DNA of 61,563 nt, the filler included, from Platydemus manokwari (lineage: Eukaryota): assembly GCA_037951405.1 (NCBI GenBank). It is 6 parts of 6 records of this genome, joined end to end, with 100 filler letters (N's around TTAATTAATTAA, not from the genome) between each part and the next. Parts side by side here need not be neighbours in the genome. Positions count along the whole stretch, not along the records: positions 1 to 10,526 come from JBBMOY011126774.1; positions 10,627 to 20,087 come from JBBMOY011246652.1; 4 more parts are not named here. One strand, written 5' to 3'. Under the pieces are notes generated by a model. That model did no database searches. It saw only the letters and a program-made list of their open reading frames with translations, and was not told the origin of the DNA. Position 1 is the stretch's first letter. Every line of letters begins with the position of its first letter. Shown piece after piece: positions 1-12,220 of the stretch. The position numbers and the translations under genes are program-made.

Positions 1-3
1 TAC

Positions 4-80
4 CATCAACAGCTTTACTTGAAGCATAAGCCGGCGAATGCCACGATGCAATCGTTGGTCTCTTTCTTGACAAAAGAATA
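4..80 (-). CDS. Possible internal exon, N-terminal motif of an F5/8 type C (discoidin)/fucolectin-like domain; gene continues left of the window
   Basis: Minus strand reads aag|(x)ILLSRKRPTIASWHSPAYASSKAVDG|gta. This resembles the LLSxxRPxxASS...ASxAVDG start of F5/8C or FTP domains and has AG/GT boundaries. It is very short, so support is weak. Confidence 0.35.
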
Positions 81-3000
81 ACTTAATCCACATAGTTTAA
101 TTAATTTAAAGTTGTGTCAAATCTTACTATTTCGAGCATACAATTTTGAAATCAAATACAAAAATTTATAAATCAACATTTGTTATGACAGTATAAAATG
201 ATAAAATGTTATTTATTTCATTTTTACAAAATCAGATAAGATTTCAAGCTTCGACCAATAAGAGTTTAAATAAAACTTTTCCAGAAAATAAAATTTTGAT
301 TGTATCTGGGGTTTAAAAATAGGAACTCAAAATCCTTTTCAAAATTGAATTTCAGAAAAAGCTGAAAGCTTGATTACATTGAGCTTCGGATATTATAAAA
401 TTCACCAATTAAAATTTGATTCATTCTGTTTTTCCAATTGGCGCCACGTAATTTTTATTGAGAAAGAAACCAAATATCATCACTATTGAATTTTTTGTTT
501 TACTTCCTATATCAATAAAATTAATGCGAAAAGCGCCTTGGTTTTTTGTTTTTATTGTTAATTAAAAATACTTTTATGAAACATATATTATTTATTTATC
601 ATTAAACTAGGAATGTTTTTTGGAATTGATTTAAATTACTCTTTTCTATTATGCTCTAAATCTTTCGTTTCTTTCGATGTTATTCAGATACTTTCCATCT
701 GTTTCTCTTGATAAAACATTTTTTAACTAATAATAATTAAATCGCAATTCAACATTTTCACAAAATTCTGTCTTCATCATTAATGAAAATCAAGAGTTCA
801 ATGTTAATTTCGTTGTAATTTGCTTTTATTATCATATCTTTCCTTCCATTTTTCGTTATGTCTTTAAAACAAGATATCAAGATGTTGGGTTATCAAAAAC
901 AATTTGAATCTACAAATATGTATTTACTAAAACAATACATTCAATATCTGAATTATAACAAACATTTAAGCAATTCACAAAGATAATCATTCAAGATGGG
1001 ATCACCAATGAAAGTCAAAAACAGTAGAAAGAGCATAAGCTAAGCCCTAAAGTTACCAACCAAAAAAGACGGGCAATAATCTATGAATTCGATCTGTTTG
1101 ATAGATCCATCGGGTGTGTCTGATTGATGTCACGGATCTTCGTTTTCGATTCACTGAATTTGTTTGTGGATCGATTTACTTGAGATTTTCCTATATCTCT
1201 CGTCCCATTGGTAGATATTTGAGCTTGCTGATTTTTGAAGGTGTGTGTTTGTCGATTCTTAGTGTCTAAAGATGGATTAACATTGGAATGAATCTGATTA
1301 GCTAACGGCATGTTTGTTATCAGTTTGTTTGTATTGACAATTTTTAGGGTTTTACTTTGGTTCTTGTGAGCCTTTTGATTGATTTGTGAAACACCCGACA
1401 AACCTAACAGAATTAAAGATGACAAAAATAATTACAAAGATAGATAGATACTAAGTCACATAAAACTTTGTGTAATTTTATTTGTTTAGAAGGTTTTATA
1501 AGATCTGACTTTATGCCTGACTCATGAAAGCGCAATTAAAAATGAGGGAATAATTTAAAGATATTCGGAATCTTTGAAAACTATAGGGAGAAGAGTTGAT
1601 CAATTTAAATAAATTAAGGTTTAATTAAAAAGTAGTTGTAGGGAATCAAAATTTTATCGAAGGATGAAATTTACTTTTATCGCGTTGCTGATAAAATCAT
1701 TCTTTTCTTCTTTTTCTTACTGGTTTATTGTAGGATCATTACATGCATAATTTCCTAATGAAAATAAAATTAATTCACGTATTAGAAATTTCGTCAATAA
1801 ATTGCAGGCGATTGTTAAGAATATTTTTCTTCGTCTCAAGTAGCTATCACATGGAATTGTTGGATGATAGTTCTATGGGGTTGTTAGCAGAATAAACTAT
1901 TATTGTTTAATAATTAAATATTTTGGGCTGTTTTAAGTGAAATAAGTTTTGAGCGTAGTTAATTATCATCTAGTTGAATTTATTTATTATTATCTTTCTT
2001 TTTTGGTCTATCAGCTTTTTAAGTTATTATATTTTATTTATATTATTTCTGGCATCCTACGCTTTTATCATTGTATTTGTATAATTATTAAATTATTGTT
2101 TATTTTTTGAGATTTAATAAATTATATTTATATTTACATTTATAGCTTCTATTTTTTCGAAGGAGCCTGGAATTTTTGATAAATATTTATATCATTTAAT
2201 GTTTTTATTTTATGGTATTTCTGTACCCAACAATATCATATTTACATAAATTGCACTCGATGAATTAATCAAAGTTATTTAGATTCAAATTGTTTGAAGC
2301 ATTGTACGTTGCGAATACTATCAATTTCAGTGAATTTAATCAACAGATCTGTAGATATAGAATTTCGTTTTCCAAATCTTAGATGACAATGTCGCAAAAT
2401 ATGGATATTTTAATTTCATCTGGGTTTCCTCCTTTGGTAAAGAGTTTTTGATCTTCACCTTTGTAATTTAATTAAATTATATTAATGTTTACATTTTATA
2501 AATAAATGTCATCATTTTATTCGTCATAACTTATTTATTTTTAATTTTCATTCTTGTTCTATTTTAAAGCTTTTGCTGTCGGCGGGTCTTATTTATTTAA
2601 ATAAGTTGAATTATTTAATCCATCTCATTTAATTATTTATATTTTATCAAACCTCTTCTGATGTTTAATTTCTTTGTTTTCCTACTGTAAATATTTGTTT
2701 TTTTGTTATTATTGTTATTAATTATTCTTAATGAAATTATACATAATGAAATTGTTGTCATTATTTTCATTGGGTCTTTAAAATGAATCTAACATATTGA
2801 GTATCAAACAAAGAATATCAAAAAGATATACAGTAAAAAAATTATACAAAATTAAAATATAAAATATTCTGAAATCAATTTTACATCCATACCTCACAAT
2901 GTTCCATTAAACATATTCAGTTTAAGGTTAAAAATAAAAATGAAATATTTCATATATTTCATTTCTGTTTTGCCATATAATATCACTATAACATGGCACA

Positions 3001-4034
3001 TGATATAAAATTGCCATAGAGATGTTATTCACAAATACTGAAAACAAACAGAAATAGATGAAGAGATATCATATTAATCTCGCGGAGACCATCGAGAAAA
3101 TAACTGAAAAATATAGAATGAATAAATTTCAACTTTTTATTTTCAGAAATAGCATAACATCGATGGTTGATTTGAAAAGATAACAAAAACTTCAATTCAA
3201 CCATCAGCCGATAATATTTTCTGCTTCCTATGAAATCCATCAGTATTATTAGTTAGATAATGAAAAATTATGAATATTATTTTATAAAAAAAACTGCAGT
3301 ACGAGTATCTAATAGACCCCATAATTTTTTTTAAAAAACTTTGGTCATTCTTACATTCATTCTTATACCTATTTATAGAAGCAACTCTTGTCAAATATCG
3401 ATTATCATATTCGGACATTAAATACAATAAAATATCGTCACATTATAAAATAAAATGATCGAAAACGTTAAACATTTTGGATTAATCCGCCGACGTAAAA
3501 ATTTGGACTGAAATCCTTAAATTATAATTTACATTATTATAAATTCAGAACTTTCCCAACATTTTGAAAATAATCCGAGATATAATTAATGGATTTATTG
3601 TCAAGGATTTTTCGAGAGATTATCATATAGAATATATGTATATATAATTATATTTTAAATGATGTAACTAAATTATAAACGCAAAAACTAATCCAGACCG
3701 CCATATTTATTTAAAGTGATGTGGCATTATAAGAATGAAATACATTTATTCAACAAAATCAAATCAAACAACACAATGGTATAGATTAATTAAATAAGCT
3801 TTCTTATAAACTTCCAATAACGATGTCTATGGAATCTTTTCAATGAATTTTTAAATTCTTTTTAAAAGCTTATATAGCAGACCTACTTGCAAAGAATGCT
3901 CCATCGCCTTGATGATATAGTCAGCATTATTCATCCGACAACTCATCGTAAATGACAAGCGTGTTATAGTATTCAAACAAAACGATATCCAAATGCACAC
4001 ATTGAATCATGAGATGAGCTCCATTTGCATATGG

Positions 4035-4255
4035 CAGGGGTCTCCAAACTTTTTCAGCAAAGGGCCACATTGCTGATATTTTAAAATTTGGAGAGCCAAA
4101 ACTATGATAGGTGTACAAAAATTGTGGTTCAAAATGAGTAGTTGAAATAATTAATAAGTCATTTAAATGATCATCAGACAATCGTAGCAAGATTTTTGTC
4201 ATAATGTTCGTGTGTTTCATAGTAAGCTTGGCGGGCCGTACTTTGGAGACCCCTA
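4035..4255. mobile_element. hAT (Charlie-like) MITE, about 221 bp
   Basis: Terminal inverted repeats CAGGGGTCTCCAAA (4035) and TTTGGAGACCCCTA (ending 4255), 13/14 match. Subterminal GGGCCAC and GGCGGGCCG motifs are typical of hAT MITEs. The 8-bp TSD is not preserved. Confidence 0.75.
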
Positions 4256-4959
4256 CTACCGAAAATTGTCAAAAATTTATACAAAGAATCAGCAAATAAT
4301 GAAACTTTGCTAGATAATCTTGGAGCTATTAATTATCAAAATAAGAATTTTTGTTAAACAAATATAACAGATTCAGACTATCATCTAGATAGATTATACT
4401 GGTTATCCAATTTTCAATCTTCAATAACACATTCATAAGTTTCTAAAAAGTCCCAGGTGCCGAATATAATTTGATTAAACTGAAACTGTCCGTATCTAGA
4501 GCTGAATGCTGTTTTTTTTCTTTTTTCTTCCTTTAATTCAACTTAGTGAAATCCGTTCGCCAAACTCTTTATTGAAAAATATCTGACTCCTTGTACAGTT
4601 TTAGTAACAGGTACTTCGCTTTAAATTAATGTTTCAATAAAAAGAAATCAATAATTAAATTTTCTCGAGATAAGAGAGGCCGTTCGCCATTTTGAAACTG
4701 ACAAGAGCGATATTTAATTAACAGGTGCTGGTCATGGTCAAGGCGACATAAACAATAAGGAAGACTAAATTTACTTCTCAGAAAAACAAATGCGGATACT
4801 TGCTCAACTAGATTTCAAAGCAAGGAAATTCGAGGCAGCTTTTGAAATTGCCACAAAATCTTACAACGCCGACCGCTGTGCACCTAGTGCATCTGGCAGA
4901 AATAAAGTCAGTTATAAGAATATATTATTTGCTGATTAATCACTAATCACATCCATTTA

Positions 4960-5982
4960 TCAAGAATGCTTAAGATCAAAAAATATACCAGATTATTAAC
5001 TCCAATATAACATCATCATGATCCCTAAATCAATGAAGCAAGGTCATTATGCCGAGGTTGGTTCATGGAGACCAATCGCTCTATTGGATTGTGTCTAGAA
5101 GGTATTTACGAGCATCCCCTGTAGTCAACTCAGTAGGTTGATTTCAGAAAACCAGATCCTACATTGGCTCCAGAAAAGCTTAGGTTGACAGACAGATGTG
5201 GTGAGCATAACTTCCTACTCAGAGCGGCAATAGAAAAATATAATCATAAAAGAAGGAATAATATACAAATTTGTTTTTTGGACATAGAAAAGGCATTTCC
5301 GTCAATTAACACAGAAGTTCTGATCATAATTTTAAAAAGAATGGGAATGGCCAAGGCGGCAATTAATGCAATAAAGGCATTGTACCGAAACTGTAGAACA
5401 GCCTTCATGTGCATCAGAATTGTTACGAATGAAATCCCCATAACAAGAGGGGTTAGGCAAGGGTGCCCAATATCAACGCTGCTCTTCAGCATAGCTATAA
5501 ACCCAATTCTAGTTCAGATGAAAGAGGAGAGCAGCTGCGTTATTGTGCTGAAGGAACACAAGAATATGGCCCTTGCCTATGCAGATGGTATAGCTTTGAT
5601 AAGCACAAATTTGGTAGCATGTCAGAATGTATTGTCAAAGTTAAATGAACTAGGTCATCTACTTGGCTTCAACTTTAAACCATCGAAATGCGGACACGTA
5701 TGCAATATCAAGATTAATCAAATGATAAAACCATTAAGTATAAGAAATCAAGCTATACCACAAGTGGCCACGGAGGACCATTATCGATACCTAGGAGTTA
5801 AATTTTCACTAAAACTATATAATCCAATAGAAAGCCTGGAAGTAGAACTCAAGACCATCACCGAAAAACTAATAGAATGTATCCTACTCCTATGGGAGAC
5901 GATAAATGCTTACAATACCTTTATCCACAGCAAAGTAATTTTCTTCGTCCAGAATAATAAAATTTCAGAAATAATAAAATAA
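4960..5982 (+). pseudogene. Truncated non-LTR retrotransposon reverse transcriptase (RLE group, NeSL/R2/R4-like)
   Basis: Upstream of the ORF: IIMIPK...SWRPIALLDCV*KVF. ORF 5164-5982 has CGEHNFLL, LDIEKAFPSI, GVRQGCPISTLLF, LAYADG (catalytic YADD mutated) and YRYLGV. It is interrupted by stops/frameshift and ends before any endonuclease domain. Confidence 0.88.
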
Positions 5983-6015
5983 AAAACTATAGGAATAAAT
6001 AACATATATATATAT

Positions 6016-6125
6016 AGTAACGTGATTAAATAAATAAACACATGGTGTTTGTTTAAATAATTGATTGGCGGTTGATTGCAGTTTTTTCAATAAATATTAT
6101 GGCGCAATGTGCTTATAACTTAACT
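6016..6125 (+). repeat. 5' LTR (110 bp)
   Basis: Ungapped match to 9302-9411 with 19 mismatches by hand count; AGT...ACT termini; directly followed by the PBS. Confidence 0.88.
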
Positions 6126-9100
6126 GGCGACCACGCCATACAAATCAACGCAATAACAAGGAATCAGCAGAAGAAACAGTTATTAGAGAGTTTTCCTAAA
6201 CAGGTACAAGAAGCGCTCAATATCAATATTTGAAAATTGGATGGAAGAAATTCCAATGAAGCAGCAAAGTGGATACAAGATACAGAAGAGTGGCTACTAA
6301 TTAATAGTCTGATCTACTGCTCTCAGACGAGGCAAGCATTTGTGGAAAAACATCAAATCGGAAGATTCACCCGAATCGTGGTTTGAAGATACATTTACAA
6401 TAAAAAAAATCGATAATGGATATGATTGTCGAACTTGAAAATGTTCAACAATCGAACAGCGAACGGTTTGCAACCTTCGAGATAAGAGTTCACAGATTGG
6501 TTGAGGCTATGATGAATTTTGGATTGAAACAAGATTCCATAGTGAAAGATGTCATCAGCAAGAGAACACGATTGAATGGGTTAAAATACGCTCTGTCCCT
6601 GAAAAAAGATATGGATATCATAGAAATTAGGAGTGCTGTGAAGGTGTTCGCGTATCGAGAACAAGGCGTACAACGAGGTAACCAGGCAGTCAATACAATT
6701 CGTAGAGACAGCTATGCTCAAGCACGAAAAACTGGACCAAGCAACCGGTGGAATAATCAGTACAAAAAAGAAAGCAACTAGTCCAGTAATTGTAAACCAC
6801 TCCATTCTATCAGAACAAGGAAACCCGAACCAATAGCTTCACAACAGAAGTTCCTTTCAGGTAGAGAGAGACCGGTGTATTTGATGAAATACACGGTCAA
6901 GAAACTTTACAATAAGTGTCGAGGCATGCCAGACCCAAAGGATAAATGATTGCGTGGAGCCAATTGCTTCTGCTATGAAGAAAGCGGACACTACAGAAGC
7001 CAGTACCAACGAAGGCACAAATCTTTAATATCCGGGCAAGAAGTCATCATTTCAAATCATGCTATTTAATACGAAGTACAAGATACAGAATAGAAGGTAA
7101 AATTTTATGTATTCAAGACGAAATCGAGAATCACTTTTATCCAATTGAAGACCCAGTAATGCACGAGATAAAAGATCAAAAAAACCACAACAACTCCGTC
7201 GCATACATTTCATCGGTGGAGTTGAATCAATCGATAACAAGAAAATTTGAAACGGAACCAGACGTGATAAGATGTTTAAGAAGGACGACGCTAGGGTGTG
7301 GAGTAAAGTGTTGATCAACAGAACTGGAGTAGAGATGTTGTGGAATTTGGGAATGTCTATTACAGTGATGAGCGAAAACTATTGGAAGAAAGTGGGAAGC
7401 CTAAAATTGCAAGATAGTTTGATTACTCGTAGTGGAGTGATTTCAACGTGTGCCGAACGTCCCCTAGATTATTCAGATGTCATTGCCGAGTGGAAAGAAA
7501 AGTAAAATTAGAGTTATGATAGCAAAAAGAATTTGTTCAGATTTCATTGGAGGTGTTGACACGATGCATGCATTCGGGATTCAGCTAAAAGAGGTGGCCA
7601 CAATCAATTCATCACAATTTAACGACAAATACACAGATTAGAAAAGATCAAAACACGCAATGGAAACGATCAAAAATGGGAACACGGACAGAATTGGAAA
7701 ACTTATCAAGGAATACGGAAAAATATTGATGGCTTCGCCATTGGATCTAGGCAAAACTAACTTAGTTGTTCACGATATTATAATTACCAGAAATCTTATT
7801 TCGTAGAATTCAAGAAGACAGCTCATGCACTTAGAAACAAAAATTGAATATATGATAAAAAACCTGTTCGAAATAGGAATATAGGAGAGACCATGCAAGA
7901 TTGCTTGGAATTTACCACTGGTCATCGTAGGAAAAAAGGACGGATCTATCTGGATGTGTGTGGATTATTGAAGACTCAATGAAGTGACAGAAAAATTTAG
8001 TTTCCCTATGCCTGATATCCACCAACTTCTAGACTGTTTGGCTGATTCTAAATATTTCTCCTCGATAGATTTGGGACAGGCTTATTACTAAGTCGAACTA
8101 AATCCGAGATTCCAAGATTGCACATCTTTCAGCACAATAACCAGCCAATACTGTTTCAAAAGACTTCCGTTTGAACTATCTCCACCACCAGCAACCTTTC
8201 AAAACATAATGCACAAGCTGAAATCAATTCACTTTCAAGAATTAAAGATTAATTGAAGATTAACTCCAATACGCTGATATTGGAGAAAGAGAAAGGTTTA
8301 GCTGCTATAATACCAAAAGATTTTGCCGCTCAAGTTATCAAGACAATTCACGAGGGACTTTGCCACTTAGCTTCAAAGAAAACTTTTAGACGAAAGTTTT
8401 TATTGGTCAAAACATGTTCAACACCATCAAAGAGATACCCCAGGTATGTATTATATCCGAGAAGAGAAAGAACTAAGGAGTTTCAGCTCACTCGGTTAGG
8501 CTCTGAGTTTCAAGAGCATATCGTGGTGAACATTGCTCAAATGGGCACGATACATAGTAACAAGATGTATCTAGTAGTCATTATCGACGGATTCAGCAAG
8601 CTAGTGAGCCTCACTGCTACATCTAAGCAAGACGAAAAGACAATATTTCAGGTCATTTTAAACTCGTGGATTTATTGTTTTGGAAAGCCAAAGAGCATTC
8701 TATCTGATAACGGGAAACAATTTGGAGACAAATCTATGAGAGAGGGGTGTTTGAAGTTAGGTATCAAACAAGAATTTAGCTCACGATACCAGCATCAATC
8801 GAACGGGCTAGCGGAAAAGGCCATCAAGACGGTACGAGATATGATAACAGCTACTTTTAAGGGTGAGAGTCATGAGAAAAATTGGGCTGCATTAATGCCA
8901 AGGAATGAGCTCTGCATCAACGTAACACATCAATCAACAACGAAGTTCTCACCTTTCGAGATAATCTACGGGCAGAAGATCAATTTTCATACAGATATGA
9001 GTCACAAGAACCAAACTCGAGTTGATATTGCAGCAGCAGCTAAAGAAAACTTTATAGTGGTAGCCTACATAATATCTAACCGAGACAGGGGGAAAAGAAC

Positions 9101-9301
9101 ACATCAAAATTTTTAGGTGGAAGAGAAGGTGCTGTTTTGAGTAGATTCCCAGAAGAGATGAGAAATTGATACCAGTGCAAAGGCCCCTATCGAATTGCCG
9201 GATTAATGTCAGACAGACAAGTGGAGATTCAATTCTCTCATGCGATAAAATCCATACGATTAGAGTGGCCGAAACGGTGTTATGAGCCTTAAGAGGATGC
9301 G

Positions 9302-9411
9302 AGTAACGTGATTAAATAAAGAAACACGTTGTATTTGTTTAAATAATTGATTGGCTGATTAGTGTAGTTTTTTAAATAAATATTATGTCTGAAAGTGTTA
9401 ATGAGGTAACT
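9302..9411 (+). repeat. 3' LTR (110 bp)
   Basis: Direct repeat of 6016-6125, preceded by a purine-rich tract. Confidence 0.88.
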
Positions 9412-9510
9412 ATTGAATTTTAAGACAAAGTTCATTGGATAGATATTTCTTATGGACAAAAATTATCAGAAGATTTTATTATTGAATTTAAAGATAAATT
9501 GGATTGTTAA
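9412..9510 (+). pseudogene. Tryptophan-repeat (23-aa period) gene fragment of large-DNA-virus/Polinton type
   Basis: Translates IEF*DKVHWIDISYGQKLSEDFI / IEFKDKLDC*, a 23-residue periodicity with the QKLSEDFIxEFxDKxxW pattern. Confidence 0.65.
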
Positions 9511-9546
9511 ATAAGTTTTACATTTATTTGTCTTAATTCAATTTTT

Positions 9547-10317
9547 AAGTCTGAAATTGACATTTGTTTTTTTAGAAGAAATAAAATAAAATTTAATAAT
9601 TATCCAAATATTCATTCATCTTTTAGAATGCTAATTGATGGAAGTTCTGTTTGTGGTAAAACTCAATTACTTATTAAAATGTTATTAATACTCAGGTTTT
9701 TGATTTTGATAATTTAATAATATTTTCAAGAACGGTTTATCAAGAAGAATACCAAATTTTATATCATGGGTTTAAAATTGGAATATCAAAGAATGTATTA
9801 CAAAAATATTTCAAGATTAAGATAATTTAGATAAAGATTTAACTATAAGAGAAATGTGTAAACTTTATTTACCCCCTTTAGACAAAAGTTAAGATATCAA
9901 CAACCATGACTTCCATATTTAATGAAATTATGAAATTATGAAATCCGATTTAAATAGAACTAAAAAAATTAATAATTTTTTATGGTTGTGTTACACAGAA
10001 AAACCAGGAAATAATGTCTGCTTTTTTTTACAAGAGGAAGGCATAATAGTTGTTATAGTATTTACCTCTCTCAGAGCTAGTATGATTTACCAAAGAATTC
10101 AATAAGAAATAATTCAAATTTCATTATTTAATTTAAATTAAATTAAAGAAATAAAGACTTAATACACTCTGATTTATTTTCCAACATCATAGAAAAAGAA
10201 GAATTTAATTTTTCAGTAAATAAACTATGAGAGGCGAAATATAAATGTGTATCTTTCAATAAAGATGAAGATCTAATTCTTGAAGATGTGTTTACCATTT
10301 ATAAAGAAGAAGATTAA
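9547..10317 (+). pseudogene. A32-like (FtsK-HerA) DNA packaging ATPase pseudogene, Polinton/Maverick-adintovirus type
   Basis: FRMLIDGSSVCGKTQLL (Walker A at 9640-9663), LIIFSRTVYQEEYQ, LIIFYG (decayed Walker B, from LIIFDD), FFTRGRHNSCYSIYLSQS*YDLPKNSIRNNSNFII*F (A32 motifs and Arg finger). Several stops and frameshifts explain its absence from the ORF track. Confidence 0.85.
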
Positions 10318-10526
10318 AGACTTAAATTTATAAATTACAAATGGAAACTTTTTGCATAAATAAAAGAATTAAAAAATATTGTTTCCTTGAAAAATAAAAT
10401 AAATACTGTAGCTGAAAAAAATCAATATTATAAAGTTAAGTTAAATCAAGGGCTTTATTATACTCTGGGGGCACTTTCGCCTTGACCCAGATTATTGCTA
10501 TGGTTACATAGCAACCTGTAATTTCT

Positions 10527-10626
10527 NNNNNNNNNNNNNNNNNNNNNNNNNNNNNNNNNNNNNNNNNNNNTTAATTAATTAANNNNNNNNNNNNNNNNNN
10601 NNNNNNNNNNNNNNNNNNNNNNNNNN
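10527..10626. other. Assembly gap, 100-nt spacer with TTAATTAATTAA linker
   Basis: N44-TTAATTAATTAA-N44. Identical spacers occur at 20088-20187, 31195-31294, 40596-40695 and 51821-51920. Confidence 0.98.
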
Positions 10627-11640
10627 AACGGCCACTTCATTCAGGCCGATTCTTACCTACCTTTTGACAGTGGCATTTTGATTTCATACCAACCTATCTC
10701 ATACGGATGTTAAACAGTATACTGCAATATATCCATGGTTTCTAATTATAGCTTTTCTAAATCCATCATTTATGATAAGGAGGCAAAGTTCCTCATCAGA
10801 CAACATTTTATAAAATCACCCTGAATTATTTGAAAAGAATGAAATAATTTATTAGGATAATAACCGATACAAGTATCTAGCGATGAAAATATTTATTAAT
10901 ATAATAATAATCTTATCAGTGAATTTTATCTCGAACCACAATTAATCAAATTATTTATATATTTCTACAAATATTTTTATCTTTACATGAAAACACCTCA
11001 GTCTGGGAGATGGTGTATGTGTCGATGTTCCAGTCCAAACTATCTTGTCATTCGTAATTACATGATAAAATAACACGTCTGTCTTTTCCATTAACAAGGA
11101 ACTTGTGACATTTAGTTGAACTTCGAATATCAGTTACTTAAAATTTTCCAGTGTTAATTTTATGGAAAATATAACTGGCCGACAAATAAATATTTCATGA
11201 TTTTCATAAATAGCATCCAGCAATTTTCTATCAATATGGCAATACATTTTTTTCTGAAAGTTATTTCTCGTAATAATCTTATGGTGTTTCTAACAAATAA
11301 TAATATCCTATAAATTTATATAGTTAATATATTAATTGTAATAATTAAATTATTATTTTTAATTAAGTATCTTATTATCAATAAAAGTTATACTCATATT
11401 TCAGTCAATGCTTGATCGTTTTTCTTGCTCGTCAAATCGAATGGTAATCCATATTCTGATTGTAATGAATTTGTTTTTAACAGCTATATATGAAATAGTT
11501 TCTTTCGTCCTTAAAGTCATGTCATTGATCCTAGATACTAGCTTGGTGTATGGAATTCCGAAATATTCCTATTAATGTTTCTTCAAAATATATAATAGTA
11601 AATGTTTTGATGTTGTAAAAACGGTCCAGGTCATCGATTT

Positions 11641-11665
11641 CTATCTATCTATCTATCTATCTATC
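11641..11665. repeat. (CTAT)n microsatellite
   Basis: ctatctatctatctatctatctatc. Confidence 0.9.
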
Positions 11666-12220
11666 GATTAATTACTTAAAATTTTAATAGAATTGAAAAT
11701 TCAATGGTTAGAATATGTCAGGAATCAAAAATAATTGTTAATAGAAGTAATTTTCTTTAAATAAAGAATTGTTGAAGAATTGAAATGGTATTCAATTGAT
11801 TTTTATGTAGCTTTAGTATCGACAATATTGAAAGTGTGTTCTCTGTCCCGGTAAAATTGTAATTTGTAAAAATATTAAAATACTATTTTTATCAATTGAT
11901 TTGATATATTTATTAACGGATAAACATCTTGATCGATTGCAAACAATCAATTCAGTTCAGATCAATCGGTAGGCGTAATGAGAAGTTTTTTTTAATTTAA
12001 ACCTAGTATTTTCATTCAAAGTCAGTGGACCTTTATGAATTGGAGTGTGAAAAACCCAATGTGGATTTCAACCTTGATTGGAAAATTTTTTAATTTAGAA
12101 ATTCAGACGCTCTCTTATTTAGTAAATTCTAACACAGACCACACTATAAGACAAATCAGAACATGGGCGATGATTTCCTTTAAAAATTTTCTATTGATAA
12201 AGTTAAAGATTTTAAATATA

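Larger units (their letters stand above)
6016..9411 (+). mobile_element. Degenerate Ty3/Gypsy LTR retrotransposon, about 3.4 kb, internally deleted
   Basis: 110-bp LTRs at 6016-6125 and 9302-9411 (AGTAAC...TAACT), PBS-like TGGCGACCACG at 6125, purine-rich tract AAGAGGA just before the 3' LTR. Internal remnants: gag (6416-6781), decayed zinc knuckle CFCYEESGHYRSQY (~6965-7005), protease LWNLGMS (7272-7505), RT N-half MCVDY*RLN...SIDLGQAYY...RLPF...PATFQ (~7740-8220), integrase IIDGFSK...SDNGKQF...NGLAEK (8253-9116). Confidence 0.92.

Noticed and set aside
2890-3427. ORFs 3025-3240 and 3197-3427 as exons of a gene
   Set aside because: An ATG...AG|GTATAA start looks plausible, but the splice combinations I tried hit early stops and nothing was recognisable.
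10571-10582. TTAATTAATTAA palindrome recurring five times
   Set aside because: Always centred in a 100-nt N block; it is an artificial six-frame-stop scaffolding linker. Contiguity across these gaps is not guaranteed.
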